DNA of 32,849 nucleotides. It comes from Actinomycetota bacterium. GTDB lineage: Bacteria > Actinomycetota > Actinomycetes > Nanopelagicales > Nanopelagicaceae. The translations under genes were made by a program, and so were the position numbers. Shown piece by piece: positions 9,099 to 18,009 of this stretch (position 1 is its first letter; each line of letters begins with the position of its first letter). Under the pieces are notes generated by a model. The model was not told where the DNA came from, searched no databases, and was given only the letters and a program-made list of their open reading frames with translations. The stretch lies in contig WLED01000001.1 in the NCBI GenBank assembly GCA_009704445.1, positions 1 through 32,849 of the forward strand, given 5' to 3'.

Positions 9099-10196
9099 GT
9101 GAAAATCACAACCGGTAAAGGCGACATCCGTGTTGCAATCGTTGGCGTTGGAAACTGCGCTAACTCATTAGTCCAGGGTGTTGAGTACTACAAAGACGCT
9201 GCAATAGATCAAGAAATTCCAGGTCTTATGCATGCAGTTGTTGGTGGTTATCACATCTCAAGCGTTAAGTTTGTAGCCGCATTTGATGTGGATGCAAAGA
9301 AGGTGGGACTAGATCTCGCAGATGCTATCTGGGCAAGTGAAAATAACACCATTAAATTTAGTAACGTAGCAAAGACTGGAGTCACAGTCCTACGCGGAGT
9401 TACAAATGATGGTCTTGGAAAGTATTACAAGGAGACCATTAAGGAATCAGACGCTCCAGCAGTTGATGTAGTGAAGGCGCTTAAGGATGAAGCAGTCGAT
9501 GTTCTGATCTGCTACCTTCCTGTGGGCTCTGAAGTTGCGGCTAAGTTTTATGCCCAGTGCGCAATCGACGCAGGGTGTGCATTCGTTAACGCACTTCCAG
9601 TATTTATCGCATCTGACCCAGTGTGGGAGAAGAAATTTGCGGATGCAGGTCTTCCAATTGTTGGCGATGACATCAAGAGCCAAGTTGGCGCAACTATCAC
9701 TCACCGCATCATGGCAAAACTGTTCCAAGATCGCGGCGTACACCTTGATCGCACATACCAATTAAACGTTGGTGGAAACATGGATTTCAAGAACATGCTC
9801 GAGCGTGATCGTCTTGAATCTAAGAAAATTTCAAAGACTAACTCTGTAACGTCACAGTTAGATCACGACCTTGGCGAGAAGAACGTTCACATTGGACCTT
9901 CGGACTACATTCCTTGGTTAGATGATCGCAAGTGGGCCTACGTTCGCCTCGAGGGTCGCGCTTTCGGTGATGTTCCACTGAACCTGGAATACAAGTTGGA
10001 AGTATGGGATTCACCTAACTCTGCTGGCGTCATTATTGATGCACTTCGCTGCGCAAAAATAGGCTTGGACCGCAAGATTGGTGGAGCACTGCTCTCACCT
10101 TCAAGCTATTTCATGAAGACTCCACCAACTCAATACACTGATGAAGCAGCCCATAATAAGGTAGAAGATTTCATCGCTGGAAAATTAGATCGTTAA
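9099..10196 (+). CDS. ino1: myo-inositol-1(3)-phosphate synthase
   Basis: '[16 protein letters not shown]', '[15 protein letters not shown]', '[10 protein letters not shown]', 'SKKISKT' and 'WDSPNSAG'. Confidence 0.96.
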   Translation: MKITTGKGDIRVAIVGVGNCANSLVQGVEYYKDAAIDQEIPGLMHAVVGGYHISSVKFVAAFDVDAKKVGLDLADAIWASENNTIKFSNVAKTGVTVLRGVTNDGLGKYYKETIKESDAPAVDVVKALKDEAVDVLICYLPVGSEVAAKFYAQCAIDAGCAFVNALPVFIASDPVWEKKFADAGLPIVGDDIKSQVGATITHRIMAKLFQDRGVHLDRTYQLNVGGNMDFKNMLERDRLESKKISKTNSVTSQLDHDLGEKNVHIGPSDYIPWLDDRKWAYVRLEGRAFGDVPLNLEYKLEVWDSPNSAGVIIDALRCAKIGLDRKIGGALLSPSSYFMKTPPTQYTDEAAHNKVEDFIAGKLDR

Positions 10197-10244
10197 TGTG
10201 CGAGGCAACTTGTAGTTAACTGAAATTTCCATATTCCTCTCTTA

Positions 10245-10284
10245 AAAGAAAAAGCCCCCGGATATACCCGGGGGCTTTTTCTTT
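10245..10284. terminator. Bidirectional rho-independent terminator
   Basis: Perfect 17-bp inverted repeat AAAGAAAAAGCCCCCGG-atatac-CCGGGGGCTTTTTCTTT between convergent genes, with U-tracts on both strands. Confidence 0.92.
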
Positions 10285-10307
10285 AACCACTCACGGAGAG
10301 TTGAGGG

Positions 10308-10886
10308 TTAAATCGTCGCTTCTTTAGGAGTGCGACGAAGGTGAACAAATCCTGCAATTGCCAAGAGTAGAAACAATAAACCGGCCCCAAAAGCTGCAAT
10401 CGCTGCATAACCGGCGATCACGCCCATCGTTCCAAATGCATATGCCTGTAGAAGCATTCCACGTAATGTATTTCCCATAAACAATGTCTGGCGAAGATCG
10501 GCATACTTTGTAAGTGTTGCTTCATCAGCTCCGCCTCCGCGGACTAATCCCATGTATGTTCCTGATACTTCAGAGTATGTGGAAGGTTTTCCTGTTACAG
10601 CAATTGATGAGCCTTTCATGTGTTCCCATATATAAAGGTCTGAGTAGTCGCGTGCCATTTCACCGGTGTTCACTGTCATCCCTGCCCATTTTTTCAATTG
10701 ATCTTTAGTTTCTGACGGCAAACTATCTTCTGCCGGAAAGGCAATGTTTTGATTCTCCAGTTGTGTTTTCACGCTCTCATTTGCAAATGAGGCTCCAAAG
10801 TTAAGAAGTCCTGCAAATGTAAATAAAAGTAGCGCAAGACCAAGTCCCACGAATGAAACTATCTTGTCGAAAGTTCTGCGATTCAT
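10308..10886 (-). CDS. Hypothetical membrane protein (N- and C-terminal TM helices around a soluble domain)
   Basis: ATG at 10886 follows the SD AAGGAG. Hydrophobic segments 'IVSFVGLGLALLLFTFAGLL' and 'VIAGYAAIAAFGAGLLFLLLAIAGFVHL', and a motif 'LFMGNTLRGMLLQAYAF'. Confidence 0.8.
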   Translation of the reverse strand: MNRRTFDKIVSFVGLGLALLLFTFAGLLNFGASFANESVKTQLENQNIAFPAEDSLPSETKDQLKKWAGMTVNTGEMARDYSDLYIWEHMKGSSIAVTGKPSTYSEVSGTYMGLVRGGGADEATLTKYADLRQTLFMGNTLRGMLLQAYAFGTMGVIAGYAAIAAFGAGLLFLLLAIAGFVHLRRTPKEATI

Positions 10887-11092
10887 CTTTCTCTCCTTCA
10901 TAGGATGTTTTCAAACATTGATCGATGCGATCAACACGGGACATGTTTACTAGGCCCAACAACCTTTAAATCAAAATTTAGGTGGGGTTAGCACTCGCAG
11001 AAGAGTGCATGAGTGCCTCCACTCAATCTTGCTAGTGAAATTGAAGGAAGAGAATTTAATGAAAGCTAGGACTGACGAATCAATTAATACAA

Positions 11093-11464
11093 TTAATCAA
11101 TGTGTCGATTACATGTTGATACACCATCAGCGCCTATTTCAAAGTGACTGCAAGGCACATCTAATCGATCGAATGCCTGATCTCCATAATGAGTGCGAAA
11201 GGCAAGAGCAAGTAGAACTCGTAAGTTAGTTTCGGGATCCGATTTTATGCCATACACCTGAGCGCTTCGACTCACAGTATTCTCAATGACTTTTTCGTTG
11301 TGGGAAGTTTGGGTGGCGATCGCTGCGTTAGATTTTCCTTGGCAGACTAGTTCAAGGACTAATTTTTCAAAGGGAGTTAACTCTCTAGTCGAAATTGTGA
11401 TGTCTCTGACCATTACTGGTGCCGCCTTTCCGCGTCTTAGCCAGTATGTTCCTATTTTTTCCAT
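11093..11464 (-). CDS. Stand-alone LuxR/GerE-type HTH regulator with a C-terminal CxH-x10-CxxH tail
   Basis: 'LTPFEKLVLELVCQGKSNAAIA...EKVIENTVS...NLRVLLAL' matches the actinobacterial LuxR HTH. No receiver domain. Confidence 0.75.
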   Translation of the reverse strand: MEKIGTYWLRRGKAAPVMVRDITISTRELTPFEKLVLELVCQGKSNAAIATQTSHNEKVIENTVSRSAQVYGIKSDPETNLRVLLALAFRTHYGDQAFDRLDVPCSHFEIGADGVSTCNRHID

Positions 11465-11487
11465 AAGTCACCCCATAAGATAGGTCA

Positions 11488-12231
11488 ATGAGTGAAATTT
11501 TGAGTAGGCAAGAAGGCAACATCCTGGTTTTAAGTTTCAATCGCAGCGCAAAGATGAATGCCTTGACGCGTTCGATGTATTCAGGCTTAGCAACAGGCCT
11601 CAATGAAGCTGCAGGAGACTTCGGCATTCGAGCTGTGATTCTGACGAGTGAAGGCCAGCATTTCACGGCCGGAAATGATATTTCAGATTTTATGAACAAT
11701 CCGCCTACAAGTGAGTCCTCTGAAGTTTCACAATTTTTAGAATCACTGCTTAATTTCCCAAAGCCTCTCATCGCTGCAGTAAATGGCAATGCAGTCGGTG
11801 TAGGAACAACAATGTTGCTCCACTGCGATGTTGTAGTGGCAAGTTCAACCGCCAAGTTTTCTATGCCTTTTGCATCGCTAGGTTTAGTACCAGAGGCTGG
11901 ATCGAGTTTTCTTTTTCCCCAGTTAGTCGGTTATCAAAGAGCGGCACGAATCTTCATGACTGGGGAGAGCTTTGATGCACCGTCAGCCATAGAAATGGGC
12001 TTAGTCACGTCAATTGATAACGACCCTCTCAATGCAGCCATGAAAATCGCTCAGCTAATCGCAGAACAGCCTCCGCAAGCCATCATTAATACGAAGGCTC
12101 TTCTAAAAGCCAGATCGCATGACGCAGTTGCTGCTGTCATGAAAGCCGAATTTGAAATCTTTGCAATGGCTCTTCAATCCGAAGAAGCAATGGAAGCTTT
12201 CATGAAATTTATGTCAAAGAAGGGTAAGTAA
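11488..12231 (+). CDS. Crotonase-superfamily enoyl-CoA hydratase/isomerase
   Basis: 'KMNALT', 'FTAGNDI', 'PKPLIAAVNGNAVGVG' and 'FASLGLVPEAGSS'. Confidence 0.9.
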   Translation: MSEILSRQEGNILVLSFNRSAKMNALTRSMYSGLATGLNEAAGDFGIRAVILTSEGQHFTAGNDISDFMNNPPTSESSEVSQFLESLLNFPKPLIAAVNGNAVGVGTTMLLHCDVVVASSTAKFSMPFASLGLVPEAGSSFLFPQLVGYQRAARIFMTGESFDAPSAIEMGLVTSIDNDPLNAAMKIAQLIAEQPPQAIINTKALLKARSHDAVAAVMKAEFEIFAMALQSEEAMEAFMKFMSKKGK

Positions 12232-13061
12232 TGTCTCTCTCTGGAAAACGCATCTTCATCACTGGCGGTTCACGCGGAATAGGTCTTGCAATTGCATTGA
12301 GGGCGGCAGCTGATGGCGCTTCAATTGCAATCGCCGCTAAGACGGCTGATCCAAATCCAAAACTTCCTGGAACGATTTTTACAGCTGCAGCCGAGATTGA
12401 AGCAGCAGGCGGGAAGGCACTTGCCCTTCAATGCGATATACGTGATGAGTTAGCTATCGAAGAGGCAATAAAGAAAACTGTAGATGCATTCGGTGGAATC
12501 GACATTGTCATTAACAATGCAAGTGCAATTAACCTTACAAAGACTGATCAGACACCTGCCAAGCGATTTGATTTAATGTTTGATGTAAACGTTCGTGGCA
12601 CTTTTCTTACTTCACAAGCTGCTCTTCCTCATCTGCGTGAGTCGGCCAAAGATGGCAGAAACCCACACATTCTTAATCTTTCACCTCCGTTATCTATGAA
12701 ACCAATCTGGTTTAAAAATCACGTTGCATACACCATGGCAAAATATGGAATGAGTATGTGTGTTCTGGGAATGGCAGAAGAGTTTAAACGTGATGGGATT
12801 GCGGTAAATGCCCTATGGCCGCGTACCGTGATTGACACAGCAGCTCTTCAAATGATTCCAGGAATTGACGCATTGGCTGGTCGGACCCCACAAATTCTTG
12901 CCGATGCAGCGCACATAATCTTGAATAGAGATTCTAAAGAGTGCACAGGAAATTTCTTTGTTGATGATCTACTTCTTGCGAGTGAAGGAATCACTGATCT
13001 CGAGAAATACTCAGTTACTCCAGGTACTACTGATTTCCTACTCGATTTCTTTTTAGACTAA
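12231..13061 (+). CDS. Short-chain dehydrogenase/reductase, HSDL2-like
   Basis: 'TGGSRGIG', 'AKTADPNPKLPGTI', 'NNAS', 'YTMAKYGMS' (YxxxK) and 'NALWPRT'. TAATG overlap with the upstream gene. Confidence 0.9.
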   Translation: MSLSGKRIFITGGSRGIGLAIALRAAADGASIAIAAKTADPNPKLPGTIFTAAAEIEAAGGKALALQCDIRDELAIEEAIKKTVDAFGGIDIVINNASAINLTKTDQTPAKRFDLMFDVNVRGTFLTSQAALPHLRESAKDGRNPHILNLSPPLSMKPIWFKNHVAYTMAKYGMSMCVLGMAEEFKRDGIAVNALWPRTVIDTAALQMIPGIDALAGRTPQILADAAHIILNRDSKECTGNFFVDDLLLASEGITDLEKYSVTPGTTDFLLDFFLD

Positions 13062-13070
13062 AATCAACAA

Positions 13071-13601
13071 ATGCGTAAATTAACAGTGGCGGTCCTTGCT
13101 GGTATATGCCTGATTCTCTCTTCGCCGATCAGTTTTGCCCATGGACAGATCGTCACGTCATATCCTTTGATGGATTCCGTATCCTCACCAACACCTAGTC
13201 AGGTATGGATTGAATTTGATGGGGAGTTACAGCTTATTGAAGGTGAAGTTGTAAATACTCTCAAGGTAACCGACTCGACAGGATTAGTTGTCAGTTCAGA
13301 AGAAGCTGTTATTGAAGGTGCAAAGATTTCTACTCAAGTATCGGATCAAAGCGTAGGGGGAGTATTTACAGTGCAATACCGCATAGTTTCAGAAGATGGC
13401 CATCCTGTTGAGGGAAGTTACACATTTGAAGCCTCACCTGGATTTGAGGCAACAGAGATGATTGAACCAACAACGACCGCTACGGCATCTGATGAAAAGA
13501 CAGACCTAAGTATCGGCGCGATAGTGATGGCAGTATTTCTCGTTGTTTTCGCCGTTAGGTACTTTGTAAAAATGCGCAACGAAAAAAATGAGAGAAAATA
13601 G
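13071..13601 (+). CDS. copC: CopC-family copper-binding protein with a C-terminal membrane anchor
   Basis: Signal peptide ending 'SFA-H' (His at the mature N-terminus), 'YRIVSEDGHPVEG' and a C-terminal TM helix. Confidence 0.85.
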   Translation: MRKLTVAVLAGICLILSSPISFAHGQIVTSYPLMDSVSSPTPSQVWIEFDGELQLIEGEVVNTLKVTDSTGLVVSSEEAVIEGAKISTQVSDQSVGGVFTVQYRIVSEDGHPVEGSYTFEASPGFEATEMIEPTTTATASDEKTDLSIGAIVMAVFLVVFAVRYFVKMRNEKNERK

Positions 13602-13693
13602 AAGTCTCTTCATTGGAAAGTTCACAAGTACGAACGAATAAGTGAAGAAACTTTAGAGAAGTCACAACCTAATTTGAGTGAGAAGATGAGGCC

Positions 13694-15124
13694 ATGCAAG
13701 CATTTGATCTTGAGGTAAACGGGACGAATGTAATTCAAGAGTCAGAGAGAAAAGGCAAGCCTAGTTTACTTTTTTGGCCGTGGGCTGGAGCTAATGTCTC
13801 CTTGCTCGCACTTTCATATGGAGCGTTCTTTCTAGGATTTGGAATCTCTTTTCGACAGGCCACAGCAGCGGCGATCATAGGAACGTTGGGCTCATTCTTT
13901 TTAGTTGGAATAAGTTCATTGGCAGGGAAACGCTCTAATGCCCCAACCACAGTTTTAATTCGAGCTTCATTCGGCGTGAAGGGTAGCGTTGTACCCGGAT
14001 TTCTTTCTTACCTTGTATTTGTTGGCTGGGAAACAGTCCTTGTCTCTCTTGCCACACTTGCAACAGGTACCGTTTTTTCTAGATTCACAGGTATAGATAA
14101 CAATCTCGCACTCGTTATGGGATTTGTTTTAGCCGTTGGATTAACTATGTTGGGCGGGGTCCTTGGATTTAATATGATTATGAGAATTCAAAAGATTCTC
14201 ACGATAACGACAGTAGCAATGACAGCTGTTTACCTTGGCCTTACTTTTGACAACGTTAATTGGCAGATTGTTACGTCCATAAAGGATGGATCTTCTCAAG
14301 CGTTTATCGGTGCAGTAATTTTTGCTGTCACTGGAATCGGCTTGGGTTGGGTAAATTGCGCTGCAGATTACTCGAGGTATTTGCCACGTTCGGTTTCAAG
14401 TAAAGCGGTTGTAGGGTGGACAGTTCTTGGAGCCTCTGTGGTACCGATCCTTTTGGTAATCTATGGAACAGCGTTATCAGCAAGTAACTCTGATCTAAGC
14501 GAAGCAATTGCTAACGATCCAATTGGTGCACTCACCACACTTTTGCCTACTTGGTACTTGATAATTTTCGCATTAATAGCGATTTTGGGATTAGTTGGTG
14601 GAGCGATACTTGATTTGTACTCATCAGGTTTGGCACTGATCGCTATCGGCTTACCCGTTAAACGACACTACGCTGCACTCATTGATTCAGTAATTATGTT
14701 GGTTGGTGCAATTTACATAGTTTGGATTGCTAACAACTTTTTCTACCCATTCCAAGGTTTTCTTATTACTTTGGGTGTCCCAGTTGCCGTTTGGTCAGGT
14801 ATTTTTGTTGCTGATGTAGTTATGAGAAAAAAGCCCTACAGCGAAGAGGCCTTGTTTGATAGAAACGGCATTTATGGCAATGTGAACAAAAGGTCAATTC
14901 TCTTAATGGCGGTAGGAACCTTTATTGGCTGGGGTTTTGTAACAAATACCTTTGCATCGTGGCTAGCCTGGCAGGGTTATTTAATGCAGGCTATTGGTGG
15001 AAAAGACGGAGCTTGGGCATACGCGAATGTTGGAGTCATATTTGCTTTACTCATCGGTTTTCTAGGCCACATAATTCTTTCAAGAAAAACTATTTCCTCA
15101 CAAGAGGGCTCTCAGCCAGGTTAA
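13694..15124 (+). CDS. NCS1 purine-cytosine permease family transporter
   Basis: 'ERKGKP..LFWPWAGAN', 'RASFGVKG', 'VGWETV' and 'WVNCAADYSRYLP'; about 12 TM helices. Confidence 0.88.
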   Translation: MQAFDLEVNGTNVIQESERKGKPSLLFWPWAGANVSLLALSYGAFFLGFGISFRQATAAAIIGTLGSFFLVGISSLAGKRSNAPTTVLIRASFGVKGSVVPGFLSYLVFVGWETVLVSLATLATGTVFSRFTGIDNNLALVMGFVLAVGLTMLGGVLGFNMIMRIQKILTITTVAMTAVYLGLTFDNVNWQIVTSIKDGSSQAFIGAVIFAVTGIGLGWVNCAADYSRYLPRSVSSKAVVGWTVLGASVVPILLVIYGTALSASNSDLSEAIANDPIGALTTLLPTWYLIIFALIAILGLVGGAILDLYSSGLALIAIGLPVKRHYAALIDSVIMLVGAIYIVWIANNFFYPFQGFLITLGVPVAVWSGIFVADVVMRKKPYSEEALFDRNGIYGNVNKRSILLMAVGTFIGWGFVTNTFASWLAWQGYLMQAIGGKDGAWAYANVGVIFALLIGFLGHIILSRKTISSQEGSQPG

Positions 15125-15164
15125 TCAACCTTCGTTCATAGTTGCTCAGTGATACTTTAGGTAC

Positions 15165-16361
15165 ATGAACCGCTCGATACGTCCGATGCGCGATTTTCTT
15201 CATCGCGAATCATCAGGTGGAATTCTGATTCTTATCGCTTCAGCTCTTGGTTTAATCATTGCCAATTCGCCCATCTCTGAAACCTACTTCTCGTTTCTAG
15301 AGATGCAATTTTCTTTGGGAAATGATTCCATTTATTTAAAGCTCACTATGCTCAAGGTTATTAACTACATCTTCATGACTCTATTCTTCTTTGTTGTAGG
15401 TCTTGAGATAAAGCGCGAGTTAACTTCAGGTCATCTTTCTAGCTTTAAAAAAGCAGTCATGCCTTTCGTTGCAGCATTAGGTGGAATGGCAGTTCCCGCA
15501 ATGATCTACCTACTCATTGCAGGCCGAGAGGCACCAGGTGGTTGGGGAGTAGCTGTTGCCACGGATATTGCTTTAGCCGTTGGATTGTTAGCAATTATTG
15601 GGAGTCATGCTGTGGCATCGCTACGCACATTTTTGCTGGCTCTAGCTGTAATCGATGACATTGGAGCTATTTTAGTTATTGCATTTGTTTACTCAACAGG
15701 AATAGTCCCGGGTTGGATTGCAGGCGCCTTGCTCACTGTTGTCTTTATTGTTGCACTCAAGAAGCTCCAAATCAATCAGATCTTTGTCTATGTTCCTCTT
15801 GGAGCTTTGCTTTGGTACTGCATGTATCGAGGTGGAATCCATCCCACCTTAGCCGGAGTTGTGCTTGGAATGATGACTCCAAATATTGCTAGAAAAGACA
15901 CAAATTTAATCGATGCCGAAGATAGTGTGGTTTCAATAATCGAGTGGCTTGAGAACAAACTACATCCGTATAGCAGCTTTTTAATTGTTCCATTGTTCGC
16001 CTTTGCAAACACTGGTGTTGAAATTTCTCAGAGATCGATTACTGCTGCCATTAATTCACCCATAGCTTGGGGTATTTTCTTTGGCTTAGTAGTTGGAAAG
16101 CCTGTCGGAATAGTTCTCTCCAGTTGGGGTGCCAAAAAAGTTGGACTGGGAGAGTATCCAGAGGGTGCAAATACATTAAAGATTCTTGCCACCGGAAGCG
16201 CCGCTGGTATTGGCTTTACAGTTGCCATCTTCATTGCGAATTTGGCTTTTGATGAGCGCGCTATCCAAGAGTTAGCAATTTTCGCGGTAATTATCGCATC
16301 ACTTGTTAGCGGTGCCATAAGTACTATTTTGTTTAAGATCTTTGCACGTCAATCTGCTTAA
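15165..16361 (+). CDS. nhaA: Na+/H+ antiporter NhaA
   Basis: 'FFFVVGLEIKRE', 'ATDIA', 'LAVIDDIGAI', 'PLFAFAN', 'GLVVGKPVGI' and 'GIGFTVAIFIA'. Confidence 0.95.
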   Translation: MNRSIRPMRDFLHRESSGGILILIASALGLIIANSPISETYFSFLEMQFSLGNDSIYLKLTMLKVINYIFMTLFFFVVGLEIKRELTSGHLSSFKKAVMPFVAALGGMAVPAMIYLLIAGREAPGGWGVAVATDIALAVGLLAIIGSHAVASLRTFLLALAVIDDIGAILVIAFVYSTGIVPGWIAGALLTVVFIVALKKLQINQIFVYVPLGALLWYCMYRGGIHPTLAGVVLGMMTPNIARKDTNLIDAEDSVVSIIEWLENKLHPYSSFLIVPLFAFANTGVEISQRSITAAINSPIAWGIFFGLVVGKPVGIVLSSWGAKKVGLGEYPEGANTLKILATGSAAGIGFTVAIFIANLAFDERAIQELAIFAVIIASLVSGAISTILFKIFARQSA

Positions 16362-16369
16362 TTCAAGGC

Positions 16370-16406
16370 AAAACAAAACCCGCTCTCAAAATTAAGAGCG
16401 GGCTTT
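16370..16406. terminator. Rho-independent terminator between convergent nhaA and glnA
   Basis: Stem CCCGCTCT-caaaatta-AGAGCGGG at 16379-16402. Long U-tract on the minus strand and a shorter one on the plus strand. Confidence 0.8.
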
Positions 16407-16420
16407 ATTAGGACGTCTTT

Positions 16421-17854
16421 TTATAGATCGTAATAGAGTTCGAACTCAGCTGGATGTGGGCGAAGACGCACATAATCCACTTCGTTCTTTCGTTTCCATT
16501 CGATCCATGTTTCGATGAGGTCCTTAGTAAAGACTCCACCCTTAGTTAAGAAGTCATGATCCTTTTCTAATGAATTAAGTACAGCATCTAATGAACCTGG
16601 AACCTGAGGGATAGAGGCTGCCTCTTCTCCTTCGAGTTCATATAGATCCTTATCCACTGGGGCAGGTGGTTCAATTTTGTTAACAATTCCATCAAGGCCT
16701 GCCATAAGCATTGCAGCAAAGGCCAAATATGGATTTGATGATGGATCTGGACAACGGAACTCAATGCGCTTTGCCTTAGGACTTGATCCAGTAATTGGGA
16801 TACGGATACAAGCAGAACGGTTGCGAGCTGAGTACACAAGATTAACTGGAGCCTCATAACCAGGAACAAGTCGTCGATATGAGTTAACAGTTGGGTTGGT
16901 AAATGCAAGAAGTGACGGTGCGTGCTTCAAGAGACCACCGATATACCAGCGAGCCATATCGGAAAGATCTCCATATGTTCCTGCCTCATAGAACAAAGGT
17001 TTTCCATCTTTCCAAAGGGACTGGTGAACGTGCATTCCAGAACCGTTATCTCCAAAGAGTGGCTTAGGCATAAACGTTGCTGTCTTTCCACCTTCCCATG
17101 CGGTGTTGCGAATGACGTACTTAAACTTCATAACATCATCGCCAGCCGAGAGAATATCTGTGAAACGGTAATTAATCTCCATTTGTCCTGCAGTTCCAAC
17201 CTCATGGTGTGAACGCTCAACGAGCAAACCAACTTTTCCAAGTTGCATAACCATTTCGTCGCGAAGGTCTGCATACTGATCTGTTGGTGAAACTGGGAAG
17301 TAACCTCCCTTTACGCGAGTGCGATATCCACGGTTAGGAGTTCCGTCAGCATCATGCTCAACTCCTGTGTTCCATGCACCCTCATATGATTCAATCTCAT
17401 AGACGGCAGTATTGATGTCTGTCTTAAAGCGAACGCTGTCAAAGACATAGAACTCAGCTTCTGGCGCAAAAAATGCAGTGTCAGCGAATCCAAGTGATCG
17501 CATGTAGTCAACAGCTTTTGCCACTACCCCACGAGGATCGCGGCTATATGGCGTGTTATCAACAGGATTATGAACGGAGAAGATAATAATAAGAGTCTTC
17601 TCTTTGCGATATGGATCCAGATAAGCAGACTCTGGAACCGGCAAAAGTTTCATATCTGACTCATTGATTGTTTGGAAACCACGAATCGATGATCCGTCAA
17701 ACATTAAGCCATCTGTAAAGACAGCTTCATCGAAAGATTCAACTGGCACATTGAAGTGGTGTTGAATTCCCGGCAAGTCAGTAAAGCGAACATCAACAAG
17801 CTTGACGTTCTCCTTTTTTATAAAGGCAAAAATTTCTGATGCATTCTTAAACAT
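16421..17854 (-). CDS. glnA: Glutamine synthetase type I (GSI-beta)
   Basis: 'FDGSSIRGF', 'HHEV', '[22 protein letters not shown]', 'RIEFRCPD' and adenylylation-site region 'DKDLYEL'. ATG at 17854 (MFKNASE) follows the SD GGGAG. Confidence 0.97.
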   Translation of the reverse strand: MFKNASEIFAFIKKENVKLVDVRFTDLPGIQHHFNVPVESFDEAVFTDGLMFDGSSIRGFQTINESDMKLLPVPESAYLDPYRKEKTLIIIFSVHNPVDNTPYSRDPRGVVAKAVDYMRSLGFADTAFFAPEAEFYVFDSVRFKTDINTAVYEIESYEGAWNTGVEHDADGTPNRGYRTRVKGGYFPVSPTDQYADLRDEMVMQLGKVGLLVERSHHEVGTAGQMEINYRFTDILSAGDDVMKFKYVIRNTAWEGGKTATFMPKPLFGDNGSGMHVHQSLWKDGKPLFYEAGTYGDLSDMARWYIGGLLKHAPSLLAFTNPTVNSYRRLVPGYEAPVNLVYSARNRSACIRIPITGSSPKAKRIEFRCPDPSSNPYLAFAAMLMAGLDGIVNKIEPPAPVDKDLYELEGEEAASIPQVPGSLDAVLNSLEKDHDFLTKGGVFTKDLIETWIEWKRKNEVDYVRLRPHPAEFELYYDL

Positions 17855-17940
17855 GCTTCTCCCAATTTCACATGTAATGCGTACCCTGCTCAACGTTGAG
17901 TTCTAGGCCCGCTTTTGTAGTCAAACCCTAAGTCCAGATG

Positions 17941-17978
17941 AGGTCAAAAACATAACCACTGTGTTAAATCCGTGTTAC
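17941..17978 (-). promoter_or_regulatory. GlnR-box array upstream of glnA
   Basis: Minus strand reads GTAAC-n6-TTAAC-n6-GTTAT-n6-GACCT with an 11-bp period, resembling the actinobacterial GlnR consensus gTnAc-n6-GaAAc. Confidence 0.65.
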
Positions 17979-18009
17979 GTCTGGCAGTGGTGGAGGTTAT
18001 CCTTGCCAC

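Noticed and set aside
10918-10934. FNR box
   Set aside because: TTGAT and ATCAA are separated by 7 nt, not 4.
10988-11016. CIRCE element (HrcA operator)
   Set aside because: TTAGCACTC is a perfect half-site, but GAGTGC follows at N6 or N14 rather than N9, lacks the TAA ending, and no chaperone gene is adjacent.
11385-11855. 156-aa minus-strand ORF (also 11005-11229 on the plus strand)
   Set aside because: Antisense shadows of the crotonase and LuxR genes, with no recognisable motifs.
13588-13641. 17-codon ORF MRENRSLFIGKFTSTNE overlapping the copC end (possible copD remnant)
   Set aside because: Hydrophilic, with no CopD resemblance and no SD; likely chance.
17855-17893. ORF-track N-terminal extensions of glnA (also padR 8513, 10901, 19818 and pepA 31451)
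   Set aside because: Downstream starts have better SD or -10 signals, match family N-termini and avoid overlaps.
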